In this document: positions 24,348 to 33,252 of the stretch, one piece after another
Numbering within the stretch: the stretch's first letter is position 1
Layout: each line of letters opens with the position of its first letter
Source of the DNA: Burkholderiales bacterium
Lineage (GTDB): Bacteria; Pseudomonadota; Gammaproteobacteria; Burkholderiales; SG8-39
Assembly: GCA_036274735.1 (NCBI GenBank)
Contig: DASUFD010000027.1
Coordinates: forward strand, 1,710 to 65,709
Reading direction: 5' to 3'
Length of the DNA stretch: 64,000 bases
Notes under the pieces: model-generated
Databases searched by the model: none
Seen by the model: only the letters and a program-made list of their open reading frames with translations
What the model was told of the DNA's origin: nothing
Made by a program: the position numbers and the translations under genes

Positions 24348-26403
24348 CGTCGAAAATTATACTTTCGACGAGTGCATCGAGCGCCGCCGCGCCCGTTTGA
24401 AACACGGCGACCGGATTGACGTCGACGGCGCAGACCCTGCCCTCCCAGCGCAGCATGGCCTCGCCCAGCCTCACCGCCATGCGGGCGAAGGCGGCGATGT
24501 CGCATGCCGCCTCGCCCCGCACGCCGTGCAGGAGCGGCGCGATGCGCAGCGCTTCGAGCTTCGCGACTACGTCCTGCTCTGAAAAGGGCGGCAGGAGCAG
24601 CCGGTAATCCTTCAGCGCCTCGAGATAGATGCCGCCGTCGCCGACCATGACGACCGGGCCGAAGCGCGGGTCGAGCCTCGCGCCGAGAGCCAGCTCGCGC
24701 GCCTTGCCCGCCTTGCGCGCCACGATCACGCCGTCGAACCAGCCGCCCAGCTCGCCGATGCGGCGGCGCAGGCGATGGAACTCCGCGACCGGATCGTCGA
24801 CCTGCAACGCGACGAGCCCGACGTCGCTCTTGTGCGCAATATCGCGCGAGCATCCCTTGAGCACGACCGATGTCCCGAGCGCCTTGCAGGCAGCCCGCAC
24901 TTCGTCTTCATCCCGGCACAGGCGATGCTCGATCACCGCGATGCCGGCTTGACCGAGCAGCGCCATGCCGGCCGCTTCGTCCAGCCGCCTCGCCGGGCCC
25001 GCGGCAAAGGCGCGCGGCACGGACGCCGGCGAACGGCGCAGCAGCGCCGCGTGGTCCGCGAGCTGCGCGAGAGCGTCCATCGCTTCGCGTTCGCGCGGGA
25101 ACGTGGCGATTCCCGCTTGAGAGAACGTTTCACGCACCGACGCCTGGGGCGCGGCGAGCGCCGCCGTGGCACCGTAGCGCTGCTGGAAGGAGGCCAAATC
25201 GCGCGCGAATCCCTGGACGTCGTAGCCCGTGCCGGCGACGGGAAGAGCGACCAGCACGAGCTCGCACTGAGCGTGTTCTCCGATGACCGGCAGCACGTCG
25301 CCGAATAGCCGGGGGTTGCCGAGCAGCGCGCCCGTGATGTCGATCGGGTTGTCGACCGCCGCGAACGTCGGCAGCACTGCGCGCAGGCGCGCGGCGGAAA
25401 CGGGGGCGAGCGGGATCGCACGCTCCTCGGCATAATCGGCGGCCATCACGCAGCTCGCCCCCGAGTTGCTGATGAACACCAGCCGGCGTCCAGCGGGGCG
25501 GCGCCCCTGTACATAGAGCTCGGCCGCGCTCACCAGCTCGTGCGGATCCGACGCGCGCCAGATCGCATGGCGCTCGAAGAAGGCATCGACGATGCGGTCC
25601 TCCGTGGCGAGCGCGCCGGTGTGCGAGCTCGCCGCCTTTTGGCCGCTGGCGGTGCGCCCGGCCTTGAGAGCGACGATCGGCAGGTCGCGACTGCGCGCAG
25701 CCTCGGCCGCGAGCGCGAGCGCCGCCGGATCCTTGATCGACTCGAGGTAGAGCAGGAGCAGGCGCACGCCGGGATCGGCCGCCACCGCGGCCGCAAGGTC
25801 GGCGACGGCGACATCGGCTTCGTTGCCGGTGGCGTGCACGTGGCGCACGCCCAGACCCCTGTCGCGCACGAGCTGGTAGATGGCCTGCGAGTTGGCGCCG
25901 CTCTGGCTGACGATCGCGACCGGACCGTCCCGTCCCTCCAGCTCGTGGAAAATGGTGGAAAAGTTCGCCACGGTGCCGGTGGCGAAATTCGCCAGCCCCT
26001 GGCAGTTGGGCCCGATCAAGCGCATGCCGGCGGCTTGCGCCGCCGCGACCATCCGGTTCTGCTTCGCCGATCCAGCTTCGCCCGTTTCCGCGAAACCGGA
26101 GGTCATCACCACCGCGACTTTCACGCCGCGCGCGGCGCAGGCCTCGACGGCCCGTACCGCTTCGTCACCCGCGACGGCGACGACGGCGAGATCCGGCGCA
26201 CGCGGCGTATCCTCGATCCCGGCGAACGCGCGCAAGCCCTGCACGGCGCTCCGCGCCGGGTTGATCGGATAGATCGCGCCGCGGTAGCCGTAGCGCTTGA
26301 GGTAGAGCAGCGGACGCCCGCCGACCTTGTGCGGATTGTCTGAGGCGCCGATGACGGCGATCGACTCGGGGTCCAGCGCGGCGTGCAGCATGGCGGCAGG
26401 CAT
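24331..26403 (-). CDS. ADP-forming acyl-CoA synthetase (acetate-CoA ligase family, CoA-binding plus ATP-grasp domains)
   Basis: 970-aa track ORF trimmed to the ATG at 26401-26403, giving 690 aa. Motifs [22 protein letters not shown] and the SSHTGALA phosphohistidine loop. The 3' end overlaps the etfB start by 17 nt. Confidence 0.85.
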   Translation of the reverse strand: MPAAMLHAALDPESIAVIGASDNPHKVGGRPLLYLKRYGYRGAIYPINPARSAVQGLRAFAGIEDTPRAPDLAVVAVAGDEAVRAVEACAARGVKVAVVMTSGFAETGEAGSAKQNRMVAAAQAAGMRLIGPNCQGLANFATGTVANFSTIFHELEGRDGPVAIVSQSGANSQAIYQLVRDRGLGVRHVHATGNEADVAVADLAAAVAADPGVRLLLLYLESIKDPAALALAAEAARSRDLPIVALKAGRTASGQKAASSHTGALATEDRIVDAFFERHAIWRASDPHELVSAAELYVQGRRPAGRRLVFISNSGASCVMAADYAEERAIPLAPVSAARLRAVLPTFAAVDNPIDITGALLGNPRLFGDVLPVIGEHAQCELVLVALPVAGTGYDVQGFARDLASFQQRYGATAALAAPQASVRETFSQAGIATFPREREAMDALAQLADHAALLRRSPASVPRAFAAGPARRLDEAAGMALLGQAGIAVIEHRLCRDEDEVRAACKALGTSVVLKGCSRDIAHKSDVGLVALQVDDPVAEFHRLRRRIGELGGWFDGVIVARKAGKARELALGARLDPRFGPVVMVGDGGIYLEALKDYRLLLPPFSEQDVVAKLEALRIAPLLHGVRGEAACDIAAFARMAVRLGEAMLRWEGRVCAVDVNPVAVFQTGAAALDALVESIIFDDENPR

Positions 26404-26412
26404 AATAAGGCC

Positions 26413-27318
26413 ATGCTCGAAGGCAAGACGGTGCTCGTCACCGGCGCAGGCGGCGGGATCGGTCGGGATTTCGCGCTCGCCATGGCGGCCGCCGGCGCGA
26501 GCGTTCTGGTGAACGACCTCGGCACCTCGGTGGCGGGGGAAGGCGCGAGCGCCGGTCCGGCGCAGAAAGTCGCCGACGAGATCCGCTCGGCCGGCGGACG
26601 CGCGGCGGCGAGCACGGACAGCGTCGCCGACTGGGCCTCGGCGAACCGCATCGTGGAGGCCGCGCTCGACCATTTCGGACGGCTCGACGTCGTGGTGAAC
26701 AACGCCGGCATCCTGCGCGACCGGTTCTTCTTCAACATGTCCGTGGAGGAATGGCGCGCAGTCATCGACGTCCATCTCAACGGGTCGTTCTACGTTGCGC
26801 GCGCCGCCGCACCGCACTTCCGCTCGCAGCAATCGGGCTGCTATGTCCACATGACCTCGACCTCCGGCCTGGTCGGCAACCTCGGGCAGGCAAACTACTC
26901 CGCCGCCAAGCTGGGCATCGTGGGGCTCTCCAAGTCGATCGCCCTCGACATGGCGCGCTACCAGGTACGCTCGAACTGCATCGCGCCCTTCGCCTGGAGC
27001 CGCATGATCGGCTCCATCCCGACCGAGACGCAGGATCAGCAGGCACGCGTGGAGAAGATGAAGAGCATGCACACGGCGAAGATCGCTCCGCTTGCGGTCT
27101 GCCTTGCGGCCGATGTCGCGCGCGAGGTCACCGGCCAGGTCTTCGCGGTCCGGGGGAACGAGATCTTCCTGATGTCGCAGAGCCGGCCGCTTCGCTCCGT
27201 GCATCGCGCCGACGCATGGACGCCGGAGGCGATCGCGGCGCACGCACTCCCCGCTTTGCGCTCGAGCTTCTATCCTCTCGAGCGCTCCCAGGATGTCTTC
27301 AACTGGGATCCGCTCTAG
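26413..27318 (+). CDS. SDR-family oxidoreductase (MFE-2-type hydroxyacyl-CoA dehydrogenase-like)
   Basis: 301 aa from the ATG at 26413. Motifs KTVLVTGAGGGIGR, NNAGI and YSAAK. A GTG at 26383 is an alternative start. Confidence 0.85.
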   Translation: MLEGKTVLVTGAGGGIGRDFALAMAAAGASVLVNDLGTSVAGEGASAGPAQKVADEIRSAGGRAAASTDSVADWASANRIVEAALDHFGRLDVVVNNAGILRDRFFFNMSVEEWRAVIDVHLNGSFYVARAAAPHFRSQQSGCYVHMTSTSGLVGNLGQANYSAAKLGIVGLSKSIALDMARYQVRSNCIAPFAWSRMIGSIPTETQDQQARVEKMKSMHTAKIAPLAVCLAADVAREVTGQVFAVRGNEIFLMSQSRPLRSVHRADAWTPEAIAAHALPALRSSFYPLERSQDVFNWDPL

Positions 27319-27330
27319 CCGGCAACGCCG

Positions 27331-28614
27331 CTACGCGGCCTGGGCCAGCCGCCGATTGGACTCGGCCAGTCGTTCAATCAGGACTCGCATGCACGCCCTG
27401 TTGAGCGCTGCCTGGCAGGCGTCGGACGCCGCGCGCATGGCCGCGGCCTTCACTTCGAGCACGCCGATGTCGCGCCGCGCGCTGACGGTGGTGCTACGCG
27501 GTTGTTCGTGCTCCGAGAAGTACAGCATCTCGCCGAAGCATCGCCCGGCCTTCACCGTGGCGAGCAGCTTGCCGGAGAGCGTCACGTCGACCTCCCCATC
27601 GGCCAGGAAATAGAGCGCGTCCCCGGGCTCGCCTTCGCGCAGGACGACGCTGCCGGCGGCGATCGTCTTCCACGCGCCGATCCGCACCAGCTCCCACAGC
27701 GCGACATCGTTGAAGTCCGCGAAGAACGGCGATTCGCGCAGCTTGTTGAACCTTTCGGAGTCGGAGAGCACGCCGCCGGCCTGGCGCAGCGCCGCGAAGG
27801 CCTGCGAGAGGTCGCGACCGAAGTCGAGCCACGACGCGTAGCGCGCGGCCGGGTCCTTGGCGATGGCCCTCATCACTACTGAGTCGAGCAGCGCGGGCAG
27901 CTCGGGCCGCAGCTGTGCCGGGCGCTGCGGCTCGGCGTTCAGTATGGCGTAGGTGAGGCCCGCCTGGGTGGACGCGGCGAAGGGCAGGCGGCCGGTCACC
28001 AGCCGGTACATCGTGACGCCGAGCGAATAGATGTCGGTCTGGTGCGTGAGCGGCTCCATCCGGATCTGCTCGGGCGACATGTAGGCGGGTGACCCGACGA
28101 GGCTGACCTGCGTGGTGTCGAGCAGCTTCTGCTGGAACGACGCGCCGAAGTCCCCGACCTTCGTCTCGCCGCTCGCCGAAAGCAGGATGTTGCCGGGCTT
28201 GATGTCGCGGTGGATGACGCCGTGGCGGCAGGCGTACTCGAGCGCGCGCACGCACTTGAAGATGATCTCGACGACCTTGCCGAGCGGCAGGAGCGTCGGC
28301 GCCTCGGCGTGCGCCTCCAGAGTCGTGCCCGCGACGTACTCCATGACCAGGTAGCTGCGGTCCGGGTCGACCACGGCGTCGAAGATGTCGACGATGTGCG
28401 GATGGTTCAGCTTGCCGGCAAGCGACGCCTCGGCAACGAACGCCTTGTGCATCATCCGCTCCTCGTGCTCGTCGGCGTGCTTGTCGAAGAGGAACACCTT
28501 GATGGCCACCTCGCGCCCGGCGAAGGGGTCGCGCGCGAGATACACCTTGCTCGTCGCGCCCGCGCCGATCTCGCGCAGCACCGGATACTTGCCGATGCGC
28601 TCGGGCAGCGCCAC
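27331..28614 (-). CDS. Hanks-type Ser/Thr protein kinase fused to a cyclic-nucleotide-binding domain
   Basis: 427 aa. The GTG at 28612-28614 lies 2 nt after the chpA stop. Kinase motifs GAGATSKV, VAIKV, HRDIKPGNILL, DFG and SPAYMSPE. C-terminal cNMP cassette CFGEMLYFSEHEQPRSTTVSA. Confidence 0.88.
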   Translation of the reverse strand: MALPERIGKYPVLREIGAGATSKVYLARDPFAGREVAIKVFLFDKHADEHEERMMHKAFVAEASLAGKLNHPHIVDIFDAVVDPDRSYLVMEYVAGTTLEAHAEAPTLLPLGKVVEIIFKCVRALEYACRHGVIHRDIKPGNILLSASGETKVGDFGASFQQKLLDTTQVSLVGSPAYMSPEQIRMEPLTHQTDIYSLGVTMYRLVTGRLPFAASTQAGLTYAILNAEPQRPAQLRPELPALLDSVVMRAIAKDPAARYASWLDFGRDLSQAFAALRQAGGVLSDSERFNKLRESPFFADFNDVALWELVRIGAWKTIAAGSVVLREGEPGDALYFLADGEVDVTLSGKLLATVKAGRCFGEMLYFSEHEQPRSTTVSARRDIGVLEVKAAAMRAASDACQAALNRACMRVLIERLAESNRRLAQAA

Positions 28615-28616
28615 CC

Positions 28617-31600
28617 TTACCGCGCCGCGAAGGCAGCCACGTGCCGCACCAGCTCGGCCTCCTCATAGGGCTTGCCGAGGAACACGTCGACGCCGAGCTG
28701 CGCGGCCCGGCTGCGGTGCTTGGCCGCGGTGCGCGAGGAGATGACGATGATCGGGATGTCGGTGGTGCGCGGGTCGCCGCGCACGTTGCGCGCCAGGTCG
28801 AAGCCGTCCATGCGCGGCATCTCGATATCGACCAGCAACACCGCCGGCAGCTCGCCCTTGAGCTGCTCCAGCGCGTCGACCCCGTCCTTGGCGGTGAGCA
28901 CCCGGTAGCCCTCGCGCTCGAGCAGGCGGCCGGTGACCTTGCGTACCGTGATCGAGTCGTCGACGACCATCACCAGCGGCGCACGCACCTCCCGCGCTGC
29001 GAGCTCCGGTACGCCGGTGCGCGCGACGGGAAGGGCGGCGCGGCCGACGAGCTGGATCGGATTGACGATCAGCACGATGCTGCCGTCCGGCATCACGGTC
29101 GCACCTGCGACGCCGGGAATGCGGGCAAGCTGCGGCCCTATGTTCTTCACGACCATCTCGCGGCTGCCCACCAGCTCGTCGACATGGAGCGCGACGCGCT
29201 GCGTGCCGCTGCGAACCAGGAGCACCGCGTTGTAGTCGGCGATGTGCGTGGCGCCGCGGCTGCCGAACAGCTGGTGCAGGTAGTGGAGCGGATAGTCGCT
29301 CTCGCGGAAGACGACCTTCGCCGCTTCGTAGCACGCCACGAGCTCGTCGGCCTTGACGCGCAGCACCTGCTCGACCGCCGCCGAGGCGATCGCAAAGCGC
29401 TGCGTCCCGGCGCGAACCATGAGCGCCTGGGTGACCGCCAGCGTGAGCGGCAGATAGATGGTGAAGTGGGTGCCGCGGCCCGCGGCGGCGTCGGCCTCGA
29501 CCCGTCCGCCGATGGCGTTGACCTCGCTGCGCACCACATCCAAGCCGATGCCGCGGCCGGCCAGCTCGCTCACCGCTTCCGCGGTCGATAGCCCGGAGAG
29601 GAAGACGAGCTGCACGCATTCCTCTGGCGAAAGCGGCTGCTCGGCGGGAATGAGGCCCTTAGCCGCGGCACGCTCGCGAAGCCGCGCGCCGTCGATGCCG
29701 ATGCCGTCGTCGGCGAGGGCGATCACCAATTGATTGGCCTCCTGTCGCAGCGCGATGGAGATGCGGCCGCTTTCGGGCTTGCCGGCCGCGACGCGCGTCT
29801 CCGGGGCCTCGATGCCATGCACCATCGCGTTGCGCAGCATGTGCTCGAGCGGCGCGGCCATCCGCTCGAGGACGCCGCGGTCGAGCTCGACCTGGCCGCC
29901 GTCGATGGCGAGCTCCGCTTTCTTGCCCAGCTCGCGCGCCGCCTGGCGCACCACGCGATGCAGGCGCTCGGAGAGGCTGGAGAACGGCACGGCGCGCATG
30001 CGCATGAGGTCCTGCTGCAGCTCGCGGCTGATGCGCGCCTGCTGCAGCAGCGCGGCGTCGGTCTCGCCGACGCTGTGCAGGAGTGCCTGCTGGAGCGACG
30101 CGGCATCGCTCAGGCCCTCGGCCATCATGCGCGTCAGCTCCTGCAGGCGGGTGTACCGGTCGAACTCGAGCGGATCGAACTCGCCTTCCCGCTCTTCCAG
30201 GACGGCGCGGCGCGACTGCATCTGGCTGTCCGCCTGGATCTCGACCTCGCGCAGCTGCGTGCGCAGCCGCGAGACGCTTTCGCTCAGCTCGCCGAGCGCC
30301 TGCTTTACCTGGCGCAGCTCCGCTTCGATGCGCGATCGCGCGATTGCCGCCTCGCCCGCCTCGGTGATCAGCCGGTCGAGCCGCTCGGCGTTGATGCGCA
30401 GCATCGGCGTCGAAGCCGCAGCGGGCGCGGCCGCCGCGCCGGGTGCCCCGAGCTTCTCCAGGTCGGCGGACAGGCGATCCATCTTGCCTTCCAGGTCCTC
30501 GAACAGCTCGGTCGTGAGCTCGCCCGCCTCGAGCGCGAACTCGATGCGGCTCTCCATGAGGTGCGTGAGCTCGCCCAGGCGAATTGCCCCAGCCATGCGC
30601 GCGCTTCCCTTCAGCGTATGCAATGCGCGTTTCACCGCGTCGGCTGCGTGGCGATCCTCGGGCGATGCCTGCCAGTCGCGCAGGTCCCTGCCGAGCTGCG
30701 GCAGCAGCTCGCGCGCCTCGTCGAGGAACACCGGCAGCAGATGGGCGTCGATATCGTCGCGCACGGTACGCTTGTCCTTGCGGCGCGCCGGGACCTGCAA
30801 GCGGTCTTTCAGCGCCCGCAACGCGGCGAGCGCATCCTCGCCGCCGCGGCGCGCTTCCCCGCGGCCCGCGGCCTCGACCATCGCGGCCAGCGTGTCGACG
30901 CATTCGCCGACGACGGCGGCGTCGCCAGGCTCGCCGGTACGTGCGGCCAGGGCAAGCCATTGCTCGAGCGCGGCGGCGAGCGTCGCGATGTCCGGGAAGC
31001 CGGCGGTACGCGAGCTGCTGGCGAGCGTGTGCGCGGCGCGCATGAACTCCGGCGACGCCTCCGCAGGCGCCTGCTCGCGCCACGCGCCGTACTGCGCCTT
31101 CAACGTGGCGGCGTGCGCCGCGGCCTCCTTGAAGTAAATCTCTCGCATGCGCACGGCTGGATCGTCCTGCGCGCGCAGGCCGGCCGCGAGGCGACGCAGG
31201 GGTGCTGGATCGACGAGGGGCGACTCCCCGGCGCGCAACTGGGCGATCCAGGCGGAGAAGCGCTGATGCGCGAGCGCTACCAGCTCGAGCAGCTCGGCCG
31301 ATGCGGGCTGCTTCTGCTCCAGCCACTGATTCATGGCCCGCTCCACTTCCCACGCCGCCTCGCCGAGCTCCGTGAGCCCGACCATGCGCCCGCTGCCCTT
31401 CAGCGTATGGAAACCGCGCCGGATCGCCGCGAGCGCTTCCAGCTTCTCCGGCTCGGCGCGGCACGCCGCGAGCCCCGCTTCAACCGCCGCAACCACGTCC
31501 GCCGCTTCCTCGAGGAAGACCTGCAGTAGCTCGTCGGACGGCGCGCCCGCGCTCTGCGCGCCGGCCTTCTCGGGCATCGGCTGCTGCGCCGCCCGCGCGA

Positions 31601-33245
31601 GGAAGAGGTCGAGCGCCGCCTGCCGGGGCTCGCGTCCGTTCACGCAGGGGCTGATGAACAGCTCCAGGGCGCTGAGGCCTTCGGCCACCCAGTCCAGGCT
31701 CGCGCTGCCAGGCGAGAGCGTCGGCATCAGCGCCTCGCAACGCTCGAGCGCGGCGATGGCGCGATCCCAGCCGAGGACGGACAGCGCACCGTGGATCTGC
31801 CGCAGTTGCGGCGCCACGCCGCGCAGCTCGGCGAGCTCCTTCTGCCCCCGCGCGTAGCCGTCTAGCACCTGCTCGATCCGCTGCAGGTTCGCGAGCATTT
31901 CCTTGGCTACCTGGGAGCGAAGTTGCAGCGAGCTCACGTACTCGGTGAGCTCGCGGCGCAGGCCGGCCGGCGGCGCAACGGTCTTGCCCGCGCCGGCGGC
32001 GTCGGCAAGCCAGCGGCCGAGGAGGCTCACCTGCTCGTCGAGATCCGGCGCGGGATGAAGGAATGTCTCGAGGATGCTCTCGGCGAGCAGGAACGCGGAA
32101 GCCATCTCGGCGAGCATCGCTTCGCTGTCGGGCGGACGCGGGTCCGGCAGCGTCGCGGCCGCTTCGCCGACGGCTCGCAGGAGCGCGCTGAGCGGCGCGC
32201 TGGAGAGCGCGCCGACGCGCTCCTTCAGCGCCTGCACCCGCGCCCGGAAGGCCAGCGCGCCGCTCGGCTCGCCTTCCAGGTATTGCTGCCAGGTCTGCTG
32301 GGCGGCCTGGAGGCGCAGCCGCACGTCCTCGAGCACCGGTTGCAGCGTGTCGACATCCGGGCTGCGCGCGCCTTGCGCAGGCAGCAGGGCGTCGAGGCCA
32401 TAGAGGCGCTTGACGTCGCGCAGGCGTTGCGTGAGCGGCGCGCAGCAGGCGATGGCATAAAGCAGGTCGCGCAGCAGGGGCTCGTTGTCGGGGCTCGCGT
32501 CCCGCCCCTGCGCAAGCTGCCGAATGTAGATGTCGATCTTGTTCCACAGCGATCGCGCCTGCGCGAGGCGTTGCGGGTCGGTAGCGTTCGGCAGGCCATC
32601 GGCCAGGGCGCCGGCGACCCACCACAAGGCGCGGCGCTCGGGCAGCAGGTGCGCGACCGAATGGATGACGTCGAGCGTGGCGCGCATCTCGTCCAGCGCC
32701 TGGGGCTCGCGTCGGATCCAGCCGAGGATGGCCCGCTGCCAGCGCGTGCGCTGCGACTGCAGGAACGCCGGCAATTCCGCCGCCTCGATGGCGAGCGGCC
32801 GGGGGTGCGAGGGGGCGGGCGGCGTCAGGTCAGGGAAGAACAGCTCGATCTCCGAGCTGTCCTCGCGTCCCTGGAGCTGCGCGAGCTCCCGGTATACGGG
32901 GAAGAGCCGCGTCGGCGCGTTCGGCTGCCCGCGCGCCACGTCGTCGACGAACTGCCTCAGCTCGAGCACCGCCCGGTCGAGCACTGCCGCGCCCTGGGCG
33001 CCGGCATCCTCGAGCCCGGTCAGGCTTCTCTCCAGTGCCTCGCAAAAGCGCGTCGCGCCGCTCAGTCCGACCATGTTCAGCGCACCGCTCACCTGGTGCA
33101 GGTGCTCGGGACACGCGGCGAGCGGCGCGGCGTCGCCCGGCGCCGTCCGGTACGCGGCGAGCTGGCGGCGCACGCGCTCCAGCGCCTGGTCCACCTCGGC
33201 GGTGATCCAGGAAAGAATCGTCGTGTCGGCCATCAAGCCCGTCAC
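28617..33245 (-). CDS. chpA: ChpA/PilL-type hybrid CheA histidine kinase (multiple Hpt, HATPase, CheW-like, C-terminal receiver)
   Basis: 1542 aa. Canonical Hpt motifs GFHTLKGSGR (His613) and ALHTLKGSAR (His876), plus three degenerate Hpt-like sites. Kinase core HMLRNAMVHGIE...GRGIGLDVV, then a CheW-like region. REC domain VMVVDDS...LVDIEMPRMDG. Start is GTG 33245 or ATG 33233. Confidence 0.9.
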   Translation of the reverse strand: MTGLMADTTILSWITAEVDQALERVRRQLAAYRTAPGDAAPLAACPEHLHQVSGALNMVGLSGATRFCEALERSLTGLEDAGAQGAAVLDRAVLELRQFVDDVARGQPNAPTRLFPVYRELAQLQGREDSSEIELFFPDLTPPAPSHPRPLAIEAAELPAFLQSQRTRWQRAILGWIRREPQALDEMRATLDVIHSVAHLLPERRALWWVAGALADGLPNATDPQRLAQARSLWNKIDIYIRQLAQGRDASPDNEPLLRDLLYAIACCAPLTQRLRDVKRLYGLDALLPAQGARSPDVDTLQPVLEDVRLRLQAAQQTWQQYLEGEPSGALAFRARVQALKERVGALSSAPLSALLRAVGEAAATLPDPRPPDSEAMLAEMASAFLLAESILETFLHPAPDLDEQVSLLGRWLADAAGAGKTVAPPAGLRRELTEYVSSLQLRSQVAKEMLANLQRIEQVLDGYARGQKELAELRGVAPQLRQIHGALSVLGWDRAIAALERCEALMPTLSPGSASLDWVAEGLSALELFISPCVNGREPRQAALDLFLARAAQQPMPEKAGAQSAGAPSDELLQVFLEEAADVVAAVEAGLAACRAEPEKLEALAAIRRGFHTLKGSGRMVGLTELGEAAWEVERAMNQWLEQKQPASAELLELVALAHQRFSAWIAQLRAGESPLVDPAPLRRLAAGLRAQDDPAVRMREIYFKEAAAHAATLKAQYGAWREQAPAEASPEFMRAAHTLASSSRTAGFPDIATLAAALEQWLALAARTGEPGDAAVVGECVDTLAAMVEAAGRGEARRGGEDALAALRALKDRLQVPARRKDKRTVRDDIDAHLLPVFLDEARELLPQLGRDLRDWQASPEDRHAADAVKRALHTLKGSARMAGAIRLGELTHLMESRIEFALEAGELTTELFEDLEGKMDRLSADLEKLGAPGAAAAPAAASTPMLRINAERLDRLITEAGEAAIARSRIEAELRQVKQALGELSESVSRLRTQLREVEIQADSQMQSRRAVLEEREGEFDPLEFDRYTRLQELTRMMAEGLSDAASLQQALLHSVGETDAALLQQARISRELQQDLMRMRAVPFSSLSERLHRVVRQAARELGKKAELAIDGGQVELDRGVLERMAAPLEHMLRNAMVHGIEAPETRVAAGKPESGRISIALRQEANQLVIALADDGIGIDGARLRERAAAKGLIPAEQPLSPEECVQLVFLSGLSTAEAVSELAGRGIGLDVVRSEVNAIGGRVEADAAAGRGTHFTIYLPLTLAVTQALMVRAGTQRFAIASAAVEQVLRVKADELVACYEAAKVVFRESDYPLHYLHQLFGSRGATHIADYNAVLLVRSGTQRVALHVDELVGSREMVVKNIGPQLARIPGVAGATVMPDGSIVLIVNPIQLVGRAALPVARTGVPELAAREVRAPLVMVVDDSITVRKVTGRLLEREGYRVLTAKDGVDALEQLKGELPAVLLVDIEMPRMDGFDLARNVRGDPRTTDIPIIVISSRTAAKHRSRAAQLGVDVFLGKPYEEAELVRHVAAFAAR

Positions 33246-33252
33246 CGGCGCT

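Noticed and set aside
26404-27243. 280-aa N-terminal extension of the 970-aa track ORF for the ADP-forming synthetase
   Set aside because: The extension is antisense to the SDR gene and is Arg/Gly/Asp-rich. The CoA-binding domain begins right after the internal ATG at 26403.
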